From Patescibacteria group bacterium UBA6201 (GTDB lineage Bacteria > Patescibacteriota > Minisyncoccia > Phycocordibacterales > UBA918): a stretch of 64,000 nucleotides of DNA. Below the pieces are notes generated by a model that worked only from the letters and a program-made list of their open reading frames with translations, was not told the DNA's origin and searched no databases. Every line of letters begins with the position of its first letter. The stretch's first letter is position 1. The position numbers were made by a program, and so were the translations under genes. Shown in pieces: positions 41,362 to 50,179 of the stretch. The DNA lies in NCBI GenBank assembly GCA_002422025.1, contig DISV01000004.1, forward strand, positions 102,578 through 166,577. The letters are read 5' to 3'.

Positions 41362-41638
41362 AGTTAAAATTTTAGTGGTTAATTATTTATTAATTGTACT
41401 ACAAATTCACCACCCTCAAGAAATTCTGACACTCCATTTCAATCAAACTAATCCTAACCAAGGACAAACTACTCCACCGATTCAAAACACCACTCTATCG
41501 AGTAGCATTTTGCTACCTATATATAGAAATTAGTTTGAATACCATGTACAAAATAGTATTTTCATTATATTGTTTGCCTCAGTTTTGAGGCTATTGCGCC
41601 AACAAGTACACCAACCCGCACCTTTACAGGAGGCCAAA

Positions 41639-42436
41639 ATGGCTTTTAAGATTCGATTGTTCACACAGAAAGACCTCGATCGCATCGAAGCATATCATCG
41701 GGGAGAAATACAAAAACCCCAATGGATAATCGACTGGGAAAAGAAGATTGAAGATGCACGGCTGATACTCGCTGCTGCCGTTCATCAAGAGCTTCTGGAC
41801 CCCCATCAACAAACGCTGTACGTTCAGACTGTCGCTCAGATGATGCATCGGCGAGACCGCCTCTACGACATCTGGATGGAAGAGCTACCTTTTAAGACAT
41901 GGGAAGAACTCGCGAACGAACGTCCACCGTCTTCAGACGATCTGTTTCAATACACAGTTAAGGACACAGAAGACTACCTCAACGGCCCTGGAGTCTCAGC
42001 ATTTGTATGCTTCTTGGACCAACGGTGGAAGGGGTTCCTCAAGGACTTCGCCCATCAATGTCTTCGGGACTGCGACCCACTGATCGAAGAGTCATTCCTT
42101 ATGACTCCAGAAATTCGTCACACACTCTCCTACCCAGAACAAACCTTCGGTACTAGTAATAAGGAAATTCTTGAAGCTCGTCTGATTGAATGGACTAACA
42201 AGAAAATTCACACTGATACACCCTCATACGTCGTGCGGCTACTCGTTGCTAATGTATGGATAGCACTGGACAAAGAAATGAGTGCGCTGACGCAGATGGA
42301 GTTCGCTCGATGTGAAGCTGCGGAACCCAATTTCGAGCGAATGATGAAAGAAAAGGACCCGGCAACCGACCTCTATCTGACACAAGCGCAACGATGGCAG
42401 ATAGAAGTTCTTCTCAAAATGTGGCCAAGTTCATGA
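41639..42436 (+). CDS. Orphan helical protein (cassette cargo)
   Basis: GGAGG SD before MAFKIRL; own terminator at 42450-42480. Confidence 0.7.
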   Translation: MAFKIRLFTQKDLDRIEAYHRGEIQKPQWIIDWEKKIEDARLILAAAVHQELLDPHQQTLYVQTVAQMMHRRDRLYDIWMEELPFKTWEELANERPPSSDDLFQYTVKDTEDYLNGPGVSAFVCFLDQRWKGFLKDFAHQCLRDCDPLIEESFLMTPEIRHTLSYPEQTFGTSNKEILEARLIEWTNKKIHTDTPSYVVRLLVANVWIALDKEMSALTQMEFARCEAAEPNFERMMKEKDPATDLYLTQAQRWQIEVLLKMWPSS

Positions 42437-42687
42437 CCCGGCCACCTCGCCGCCTTCCCTCTGGGGGAGGCGGTTTCTTTTATATAGATCAGTTCGTTAA
42501 GTTGTCGCAAATCAACAAACTGATGATTCATATTAGTTTTTAACCACTCCTCTCTATGTTGGTTTAGTATACGGTGAGGTCTAAAGTTAGCTACTTTATT
42601 CATTCAGTTGTTCACAGTGGTATTTGACAAAAACACTAACTGGTCACATAATAAACACAGTTGGGAGGAAACCGGGGAGGAAGTACT

Positions 42688-42795
42688 ATGGAGTCAACAT
42701 GGGCATTGCCGGCAGCGATTTTTTTTGGATATGTCTGCCTGACCATCACTTGCAGTTACTGGTGGACACATTCTGGTCCATCTGACCCACATTGA
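42688..42795 (+). CDS. 35 aa small membrane protein (not in ORF track)
   Basis: TTGACA-N17-CATAAT at 42624, GGAGG SD, MESTWALPAAIFFGYVCLTITCSYWWTHSGPSDPH*, terminator. Confidence 0.55.
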   Translation: MESTWALPAAIFFGYVCLTITCSYWWTHSGPSDPH

Positions 42796-42876
42796 AAGTG
42801 GGTCAATCGAAGAATACAGGGTCCGGCGCATCTGCTCCGGACCTTTTGTTATGATATATTCTTAGTATCTTACGGT

Positions 42877-43491
42877 ATGAATTTTTCCCGTACCACAAAA
42901 AAGGTTATCGCTGTTGACTTCGATGATGTTGTAATGCACTTCAGTACTGGATTCTTAACTTTTCATAATCGGTTACACGGAACCAATTTGGTGTACGAAA
43001 ACCTCACTCGTTATGATGACTGGGAACTGACATACGGATGCGACAAGGAAACAATGGCAGGAAGAGCGACTGACTTCTACCACTCCCCCGATCATATGTT
43101 GGTACCACCGGTACCAGGGGCAGTTGAAGCGATTGCGTATTTATCAAAAACATATTCGCTTCAAATAGTGACCAGTCGGCCTGAATCTACTCGCTCGCCG
43201 ACTTTGAAATGGTTGGACAGTCATTTTCCGAAACTTTTTCACGACTTTCATTTCACTAACGGCTACGCGGGAGCCGCTGATGCCAAACTAAGGGCAAAAT
43301 CGGAAGTATGTCGTGAGATTGGTGCCGTAGTGCTGATTGATGACGCAATGAAACATGCTTGTGATGTTGCAAATAGTGGTATTCCCACCCTGCTTCCAAA
43401 CCGTCCATGGAACCAGGGTCCAGAACCGAAAGGAGTATATCGAGTATATTCATGGAAAGAGACCATTAAATGGATTAGTGAGAATGTTTAG
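42877..43491 (+). CDS. HAD-family 5'(3')-deoxyribonucleotidase-like protein
   Basis: AVDFDDV, VTSR, LIDD, RPWN. Confidence 0.85.
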   Translation: MNFSRTTKKVIAVDFDDVVMHFSTGFLTFHNRLHGTNLVYENLTRYDDWELTYGCDKETMAGRATDFYHSPDHMLVPPVPGAVEAIAYLSKTYSLQIVTSRPESTRSPTLKWLDSHFPKLFHDFHFTNGYAGAADAKLRAKSEVCREIGAVVLIDDAMKHACDVANSGIPTLLPNRPWNQGPEPKGVYRVYSWKETIKWISENV

Positions 43492-43574
43492 GAACAAAAA
43501 CCAGACACACTAGTGTGTCTGGTTTTTGTTCCTTATGGTGTAAAGATTGTTTTGTTATATGTTAAAATCGCGCG

Positions 43575-43985
43575 ATGTCTAAAAAAGATTTTAAGGTTTT
43601 TAAAAGTAGTGCTGGCTTTGGGCTTAGGACACTGCGCGACTGGAAGAAGGGTGACCTGGTAATCGAGTACACTGGAAAGAAAATTACTAACAAAGCCGCC
43701 GATGACAAACCAAACCGTTACCTGTTTGATCTTGATGAGAAATGGACTATAGACGGCTCACCTCGCTCTAACCTCGCCCGCTATATTAATCACTCTTGCC
43801 GACCTAACTGCGAGCCAGTCCACTACACAGATACCAATGAGATAGGTATAGAAGCCTTACGAGATATAAAAACTGACGAAGAACTGACCTACGACTACGG
43901 AAAAGACCACTTTGAGGAATACATAGAGCCATATGGCTGTAAGTGTAGTTACCATATGAAGAAGCAAGGTAAGATTGTGAGCTAG
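43575..43985 (+). CDS. SET domain protein
   Basis: GFGL, EYTG, ARYINHSCRPN, EELTYDY, CKC post-SET. Confidence 0.92.
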   Translation: MSKKDFKVFKSSAGFGLRTLRDWKKGDLVIEYTGKKITNKAADDKPNRYLFDLDEKWTIDGSPRSNLARYINHSCRPNCEPVHYTDTNEIGIEALRDIKTDEELTYDYGKDHFEEYIEPYGCKCSYHMKKQGKIVS

Positions 43986-44105
43986 AGAAATCGAGCAGCT
44001 ACTTTTCTACTTCCTATTCCTTATTCACTGATTTGTGTTATATTTTGTCTCAATCAGACTAAAGACTAGCTGGCGCCGCATTAAACATTTTATATATTAA
44101 GAGAA

Positions 44106-44786
44106 ATCAATCTGAACAAACCAAGAACCTTCATCAACTACAATAAAGACCGTACTCGTATCAATGCCGCCATTAGGGCGAAGGAACTTCGTGTAATCGG
44201 CGCCAAAGGTGAGAACCTTGGTGTATTACTCCTCGACGACGCTAGGAAGGCAGCCGACGAAGCTGGTCTTGACCTAATTGAAATCTCCCCAAACGCCAAC
44301 CCTCCAGTGGCTAAGATAATGGACTTTGGTCAATTTCGTTATGAGACCAAACGTAAGAAAAGTGAGGTTAAAGCCAAATCACACGTTACCGAAACTAAGT
44401 CCGTTCAGGTTAAAGTTATTACCGGCGACCACGACCAGCAACTTAAAGCTCGACGTGCAGCTGAATGGCTTTCCGAAGGTCATCGCGTGAAGGCTGACCT
44501 TTTCCTTTCTGGACGATACAAGTACATGGATGAAGCTTTCTTGAAAGACCGACTGAATCGCTTCCTTAAAATCATTCCGATTGAGTACAAGATTGCTGAC
44601 CCTATCAAGAAGAGCCCAAAAGGTTACACTGTAACCCTAGAACGCGATGGAAAAGCTAAATACATCAAGGGCATAGAACTGGAAGATGTAAAACCAGCTA
44701 AAGTTGAGCCTGACGATAACTCTACAAACACACAAAAGGTGAAAAAGAAGTCATTGGACGAACTTATAGAGGGAGGATTAATCTAG
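44106..44786 (+). CDS. infC: Translation initiation factor IF-3 (non-AUG start)
   Basis: Frame extends upstream of the ORF call: RINAAIRAKELRVIG...DLIEISPNANPPVAKIMDFG; only ATA/ATC/CTG candidates. Confidence 0.93.
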   Translation: MNLNKPRTFINYNKDRTRINAAIRAKELRVIGAKGENLGVLLLDDARKAADEAGLDLIEISPNANPPVAKIMDFGQFRYETKRKKSEVKAKSHVTETKSVQVKVITGDHDQQLKARRAAEWLSEGHRVKADLFLSGRYKYMDEAFLKDRLNRFLKIIPIEYKIADPIKKSPKGYTVTLERDGKAKYIKGIELEDVKPAKVEPDDNSTNTQKVKKKSLDELIEGGLI

Positions 44787-44800
44787 GTTCTAGGGCTTGA

Positions 44801-44930
44801 CCCCACACCTGTTCTCCTGTTGTTTTGCGGATACAGACAGAGAGGAAGACTCTAATTTCACTTATAAATTCTTTGATTCTGAGTATTTAAAAGTGGCAAA
44901 ACTGAAACTACAGGAGAACAGGTGTAGGGG
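44801..44930. mobile_element. 130 bp MITE-like element
   Basis: 20/21 bp terminal inverted repeats CCCC(T)ACACCTGTTCTCCTGT; GCTTGA direct repeat on both sides. Confidence 0.75.
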
Positions 44931-44932
44931 GC

Positions 44933-44961
44933 TTGATTTAAGGGGGGTTTTGCTGTATATT
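44933..44961 (+). promoter_or_regulatory. Probable rpmI-rplT promoter TTGATT-N17-TATATT
   Basis: Sigma70-like hexamers with 17 nt spacing. Confidence 0.5.
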
Positions 44962-45013
44962 TCTACCACTTTTGTCGCTTCTCACGACAGAGAACCCCGA
45001 ACCTTGAACTGCC

Positions 45014-45138
45014 GTGATTTCACGAAATTGGATGCAGTTCGAGGCGGACAAGGAAAATAATGTGAGCGGGACAAAATAGTCCAGTGAGCATTATATTACG
45101 AAGTCCAACAAAGAAATGTGCCAATTTCGTTGAATCAC
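45014..45138 (+). repeat. Rod-like intergenic palindrome (copy 4)
   Basis: AAATTGG-ATG-CA...GGGAC/GTCC...CCAATTT; related to 62844-62960. Confidence 0.8.
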
Positions 45139-45139
45139 T

Positions 45140-45331
45140 ATGAAAACTAACAAATCTTATACAAAGAGAATAAAAGTCACGAAAAACGGCAAGCTCGTTG
45201 CTCGTAAGCCTGGCCAAAACCACTTTAATGCACGCCAGACTGGTCAACAAAGACTTCGTCGCAAGCGAACACAGCTGTTGAATTTGAGTAAGAAGATTAC
45301 CAGACGTTTCCTACCAGGCACCGGAGCCTAG
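45140..45331 (+). CDS. rpmI: 50S ribosomal protein L35
   Basis: MKTNKSYTKRIKVTKNGK. Confidence 0.93.
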   Translation: MKTNKSYTKRIKVTKNGKLVARKPGQNHFNARQTGQQRLRRKRTQLLNLSKKITRRFLPGTGA

Positions 45332-45452
45332 TCTCCAAAACCAGCGAATTTGTACCGGTTTCGGTCGCTTCACTTGGTCGTCGTAGGTTTACTACGTCTT
45401 CCGCTTGAAGCTCCCTCCAACCGGCACAACTTCATCCGGTTTTGAAAACTAG
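45329..45452 (-). repeat. Rod-like intergenic palindrome (copy 5)
   Basis: Reverse complement closely parallels copy 2. Confidence 0.85.
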
Positions 45453-45505
45453 CAATAATTATCGCTAGTACTAGAAACTTTAAACTGAAAACTAACAACT
45501 AATTT

Positions 45506-45850
45506 ATGTCACGTGTAAAAGGAGGATTGATGGCTCAAAAACGCCGTCGTAACATCCTCGAACAAGTAAAAGGATACCGTTTCGGTCGCTCTAAGAAAAA
45601 GCGTCAGGCCATTGAAGCAATTCATCACTCTGGACTTCACTCTTTCGCTCACCGTAAGGATAAGAAGGCTGACTACCGTTCACTCTGGATTACCCGTATC
45701 AACGCTGCCTTGAAGGCACAAGGTCTCCAATACAGCCGTTTTGTAAAGGCGATGAAGGATAAGGGATTCGCAGTTGATCGTAAAATCCTCGCTACTCTAG
45801 CTAAGGATAAGCCGGAAGTATTTCAACGAGTTGTTGACCAAGTTAAGTAA
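45506..45850 (+). CDS. rplT: 50S ribosomal protein L20
   Basis: MSRVKGG, RSLWITRINAA, DRKILA. Confidence 0.96.
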   Translation: MSRVKGGLMAQKRRRNILEQVKGYRFGRSKKKRQAIEAIHHSGLHSFAHRKDKKADYRSLWITRINAALKAQGLQYSRFVKAMKDKGFAVDRKILATLAKDKPEVFQRVVDQVK

Positions 45851-45973
45851 AGTTTCCAAAATCAGGTAAATTCTAGGACTTCAGAAATTTTGCTCGTCGC
45901 CGTATGTTGAATACGGCTCGCTCTCAAAACTTCCTCCAGTCCGTCGAATTTCCACTAATTTTGAAAGATTTAA
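45842..45973 (-). repeat. Rod-like intergenic palindrome (copy 6)
   Basis: AAATTC-GAC-GGACT-GGAG...TGA-AGTCC-TA-GAATTT on the minus strand. Confidence 0.85.
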
Positions 45974-46034
45974 CGAAACCCCGCGCCTAGGCGCGGGGTT
46001 TTTGCTTATTTGTTATTTCTAGTAGGACTGACAC

Positions 46035-47399
46035 TTAAAACTCAATGTCCACGACCTCGTTCGGACTTGGTGCTACAGCATTAACACCAAGGTAGTCACG
46101 TAGGCGCTGAACCAAGAAAAGTGAGGAGCGCTCCTCTCCCATGGCCACAAATACCTGTTTGGCCTTCTCGCCACCCTTTGCTACAAAGCTCACTAGTTGG
46201 TCTCGGTCAGCGTGACCGGACCAGCCCTGAATACTAGCGACCTCGGCCTTAACCACAACTTTCTTGCCATCAATCTTTACGGAAGGTGCACCATCTTTGA
46301 GACGGCGCCCGATACTACCGACAGATTGATAACCAACGAGTAACAGAATGGTCTTTGGGTTAGACAGAAAATTCTGTTCATGTTTTAAGATACGTCCACC
46401 GTGAGACATACCGCTGCCGGCAATAATCACTTTAGCGCCCTTAGTGCGACTAATCGCTTCCGAATCCGAAACGGTACGGGTTAGTTTGAGTTTTGGAAAA
46501 TCAAAGACATTGTCCCCTTTCTTTATTTGCTCGCGTACTGAATCTCTTAAATATTTAGTTCGTTCTCTATAAATATCGGTCACTTCTATAGCTAGTGGTG
46601 AATCCAGAAATACCGGCACCGGCTCTATCTTGCCACTTTCTACCATATTATTAATTTCAAATAACATTCCTTGGGTACGCTCAAGTGAAAAGGCCGGTAT
46701 GATGAGTGTCCCTTTTTGCTTTATTGTCTTCTCCAAGTAGCCAAGTAGCAATTCACTCCTCTCATTCACCTCTTCGTGCAATCTGTCACCATACACGCTC
46801 TCCATTACCAAGTAGTCGTAACCAGTTGGAATAACTGGAGGATTAAGTAATGGTTGCGGGTCGTTTCCAATGTCACCAGAAAATGTGATGTGGCGTCCGG
46901 CACGTTCTAAAGTAATAGAGGCTGAACCGAGAATATGTCCAACATCGGTGAACACGGCCGACACGTCATCTTTAAGAGCTAAGGTAGTTTCGTATTCTAC
47001 TGGCTTCCATAGACCCAAGGCCGCGGCAATATCTTTTTCTTCATAAAGTAAGGGAGTACCGTACTTTTCTGACTCAAAGGACATCACCTGGAAAGCGTCA
47101 CGAAGCATCACACCAGCAAGTGCGAGTGTTGGTTCAGTCGAATAGATAGTTCCTTTAAAGCCGTCCCGCACTAACTTTGGAATACGACCAATATGATCAG
47201 CGTGCGCGTGTGTCACTAAAAGAAAATCCACCAACGAAGGGTCATAAGAAAATGCCTTATGGTTTTCCTTTTCTTCAAAGCGATCACCCTGAACCAATCC
47301 ACAATCCACTACGATTCTTGAGCCTCCAGTATCAAGATGAAAATTCGCTCCCGTAACACTACCCACACCGCCATAAAAACCAAGTTTAGATTTACTCAT
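46035..47399 (-). CDS. MBL-fold beta-CASP ribonuclease
   Basis: HAHADH, GHILGS, MESVYGDR, SGHAD. Confidence 0.92.
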   Translation of the reverse strand: MSKSKLGFYGGVGSVTGANFHLDTGGSRIVVDCGLVQGDRFEEKENHKAFSYDPSLVDFLLVTHAHADHIGRIPKLVRDGFKGTIYSTEPTLALAGVMLRDAFQVMSFESEKYGTPLLYEEKDIAAALGLWKPVEYETTLALKDDVSAVFTDVGHILGSASITLERAGRHITFSGDIGNDPQPLLNPPVIPTGYDYLVMESVYGDRLHEEVNERSELLLGYLEKTIKQKGTLIIPAFSLERTQGMLFEINNMVESGKIEPVPVFLDSPLAIEVTDIYRERTKYLRDSVREQIKKGDNVFDFPKLKLTRTVSDSEAISRTKGAKVIIAGSGMSHGGRILKHEQNFLSNPKTILLLVGYQSVGSIGRRLKDGAPSVKIDGKKVVVKAEVASIQGWSGHADRDQLVSFVAKGGEKAKQVFVAMGEERSSLFLVQRLRDYLGVNAVAPSPNEVVDIEF

Positions 47400-47782
47400 A
47401 TATCTAGCTGACTAACTCTTCTGCCAACAAAATACCCTACCAAGCCTCCTAAGGCTCCCATAATAAGGTCCAAGGTAGTGTCGCCAACATAATTACCTTC
47501 TTCAAATGGTATACCAATAACAACCTCAAAGATTTCCCAGGAGGTGGCCACCAATAAGACAAAAGTGATAGTACGTGTAAAGGTAAAGTTCTTATCTGCC
47601 AGATTAGAAAAAAGGCCCAGAAATGTCAGATAGCCCAAGGCTACAGTCACTCCTCCTAAAAAATGCATCGGAATATCAAGCCATAGATATAACCAATAGA
47701 GATGAAGTTCCAAAGCCAGATAATGAAAACCAGCTAGCATTACGGCTGATAGTCCAAATAGTAAAGTGGTGGATTTAATCAC
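47396..47782 (-). CDS. Hypothetical membrane protein
   Basis: DIPMHFLGG, WEIFE, DTTLDL. Confidence 0.75.
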   Translation of the reverse strand: MIKSTTLLFGLSAVMLAGFHYLALELHLYWLYLWLDIPMHFLGGVTVALGYLTFLGLFSNLADKNFTFTRTITFVLLVATSWEIFEVVIGIPFEEGNYVGDTTLDLIMGALGGLVGYFVGRRVSQLDI

Positions 47783-47831
47783 GGTTCTATTTTAGCACTA
47801 AAAAACGCGTTCAAAAGAACGCGTTTTTTAG

Positions 47832-47988
47832 TGAGTCGCCAACGCATGTCCCTGGAAAAGTCCAGGTGGGCACCGTTACCGATAGCAGTCTGAAATTCTC
47901 GGCCATATGCCTAAAGATTCTCATATGCTAACGCGTCTAAAGGCAGCCCTGACAAAAAAATTAACTCGGAACATACGATAGCGACTCA
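47832..47988 (-). ncRNA. ssrS: Probable 6S RNA
   Basis: Long closing stem TGAGTCGC.../...GCGACTCA, central bubble, GGTGCCCACCTG, own terminator at 47797-47832. Confidence 0.6.
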
Positions 47989-48059
47989 ATAACAGGATAT
48001 CATAAACAAAAAATGACAATACTTTAGTATTGTCATTTTTTGTTTTTTAATAAACTTTC

Positions 48060-48665
48060 TTATTCATTGATTCCATCAAAGTTCACATCATACATAATTC
48101 TCTCTTGAGCAGTGGAGTAACTCATTATCTCTTCGCCCTTAAACCAAATAGCGATTTCACGCTCCGCTTCTTCCGGTGATTCTGATTGGTGAACAAGGTT
48201 TCTCACCGCTCGATTCTCATAAGTAGCGTGTCCGTAGGAATCTACAGTGTAATCACCTCGGATAGTACCAACGTCTGAAGTGGATGGCTCGGTAGTACCA
48301 ACAATCTTAGTAACAACCGAGCAGGCCTGATTACCTTCGAGAATAAGGGCCACCACTGGAGCGGCAGTCATATAGTGCACGATAGTACGGATAATATCCT
48401 TTCCGTACTCCATCGGTTCTTTAGTAATCTCTTGACCTTGAGACTTAAGATCCTCGATAACACCCTTACCCTTTCTTTCATACCACTCGTCGGACTTATT
48501 GTAGTGTTCTAGGAGTTGCGCTTCAGTTGGGACGATCATTTTAAGCGCCGAAATCTTAAGACCGGTACGCTCAAAACGCTTAATTACTTCACCTACCAAT
48601 GACCGCTGTACGGTATCTGGTTTTAGGAGTACAAGTGAACGTTCTTGATGTGGTAATTTGTCCAT
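48060..48665 (-). CDS. ndk: Nucleoside diphosphate kinase
   Basis: ERSLVLLKPD, GTIRGDY, NLVHQSES. Confidence 0.93.
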   Translation of the reverse strand: MDKLPHQERSLVLLKPDTVQRSLVGEVIKRFERTGLKISALKMIVPTEAQLLEHYNKSDEWYERKGKGVIEDLKSQGQEITKEPMEYGKDIIRTIVHYMTAAPVVALILEGNQACSVVTKIVGTTEPSTSDVGTIRGDYTVDSYGHATYENRAVRNLVHQSESPEEAEREIAIWFKGEEIMSYSTAQERIMYDVNFDGINE

Positions 48666-48765
48666 AAGATTTTGTTTTTAGAGCTGTACATTAAAAAGTT
48701 AGCCCGACTAATATACCTTAAAAGTGACTTAGCGCAAAGCCGGTTCGGCGTCCCAATTTCGTATT

Positions 48766-49557
48766 TTAGGTACCTGACCGAGGGCTCAAGGTGAGAATTT
48801 CGGGACCGTTCTCAGTCACCAGAACCGTATGCTCCATATGTGCAGCGATGTTGCCGTCCTCCGACCTTACTGTGTAACCATCCTCTTCGTCAAAGAAGAC
48901 CTCCTTACTGCCGTAAATTATCATCGGCTCAATCGCTAGCACCATTCCTGGCTTGAGTAATGCCCCTTTAACACCCTTTTGGACATAATTTGGTATCTGT
49001 GGCTCTTCGTGTAACGAATATCCCACTCCGTGTCCACACAAAGCCTCCACGATACCAAAGCCTTTGGGTACACTAGCTTCCACTGCCGCACCAATAGCAG
49101 ACACATAGGCACCGGGGCGAGCCGCCTCAATAGCAGCCTTTAGGGCCTTTGCAGTTACCGACACCAATGCCTTTGCTGCTTCATTACCTTCCCCACAAAT
49201 CACAGTCCGCGCAGAATCTAACACCATCTCTTGATAACCAATCACTAAGTCGATACTGACCACATCCCCCTCTTTAAAGGTGCGCAGAGTTTCATTTGGA
49301 ATTCCGTGCACCACTTCCTCATTCAAAGATACACAAGTAGCAGCCGGATACGGACGTGGAGCAAAGGTCGGATGATAACCCAAAATAATAGGCTCAAGGT
49401 TATACTGCTCCAAAAGCTCCATCGCTCTATCGTCTACATCAAGTGTAGTCGCCCCTGGGACTACCTCTTTCTCCAATTCATCAAGCACTAACGCCAAAAG
49501 CTTCCCGCCTTCGCGGAGCTTTTTAATATCTTCTTCTGTTTTTATAGTGATACCCAT
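48766..49557 (-). CDS. map: Methionine aminopeptidase type I
   Basis: NEEVVHGIP, DSART, GHGVG, HEEP, AIEPM, HMEHT. Confidence 0.96.
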   Translation of the reverse strand: MGITIKTEEDIKKLREGGKLLALVLDELEKEVVPGATTLDVDDRAMELLEQYNLEPIILGYHPTFAPRPYPAATCVSLNEEVVHGIPNETLRTFKEGDVVSIDLVIGYQEMVLDSARTVICGEGNEAAKALVSVTAKALKAAIEAARPGAYVSAIGAAVEASVPKGFGIVEALCGHGVGYSLHEEPQIPNYVQKGVKGALLKPGMVLAIEPMIIYGSKEVFFDEEDGYTVRSEDGNIAAHMEHTVLVTENGPEILTLSPRSGT

Positions 49558-49585
49558 AAACGAATTTTAATTTCTAATTTTGAAA

Positions 49586-50179
49586 TTAGAGCGATAATGC
49601 CTTCAAAATATCCTGATGTACACTGGCGATATCTTTGGTTCCATCTATGTCATGAACGATGGTACTGGGTCGTTGTCGATAATACTCTACGACCGGTAAG
49701 GTCTGTTCACGATACCATTTTAGCCGTTCCTCAATAGAATCCGGTGTATCGTCAGGGCGGGCCCGAGAATTCATACGCTCCCGTACCACCTCTTCAGGGG
49801 TATCAAGGTTGATGATGTCGATCAAATTACGTTGATAAAATGCCAAAGCAGATTCGAGTACCTTCGCTTCGTCAATAATGCGGGGGAAACCATCAATCAA
49901 CAAGTGGCATTGACTATCCAGATGAGTACGCATCGCGTCTCCCCAAAGCACAGTCGAGAGAAAGAGTGGCTGAAGTACACCAGTGTTTAAGGTGTCTTGA
50001 ATATGTTTCTCGGTATAACCTTCCCCAGATGCCGCCATAGCGCGAAACCGTCGTCCTGTCTGAATATCTAACACTCGACGAGTTGGATCCTTCTCTTTTA
50101 GGACTTTATCGAGCCCATCAATCTGTGTTCCTTTACCACTACCTTGGGGGCCAATGAATATAACGGTTTTTGGTGTCAT
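49586..50179 (-). CDS. Adenylate kinase-family protein
   Basis: GPQGSGKGTQ, IDGFPR. Confidence 0.88.
   Translation of the reverse strand: MTPKTVIFIGPQGSGKGTQIDGLDKVLKEKDPTRRVLDIQTGRRFRAMAASGEGYTEKHIQDTLNTGVLQPLFLSTVLWGDAMRTHLDSQCHLLIDGFPRIIDEAKVLESALAFYQRNLIDIINLDTPEEVVRERMNSRARPDDTPDSIEERLKWYREQTLPVVEYYRQRPSTIVHDIDGTKDIASVHQDILKALSL

Larger units (their letters stand above)
39177..42480. mobile_element. Array of single-gene cassettes downstream of tmRNA
   Basis: CTCCAC cores at 39177, 39981, 40888, 41472; repeated leader and 69 bp trailer. Confidence 0.8.
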
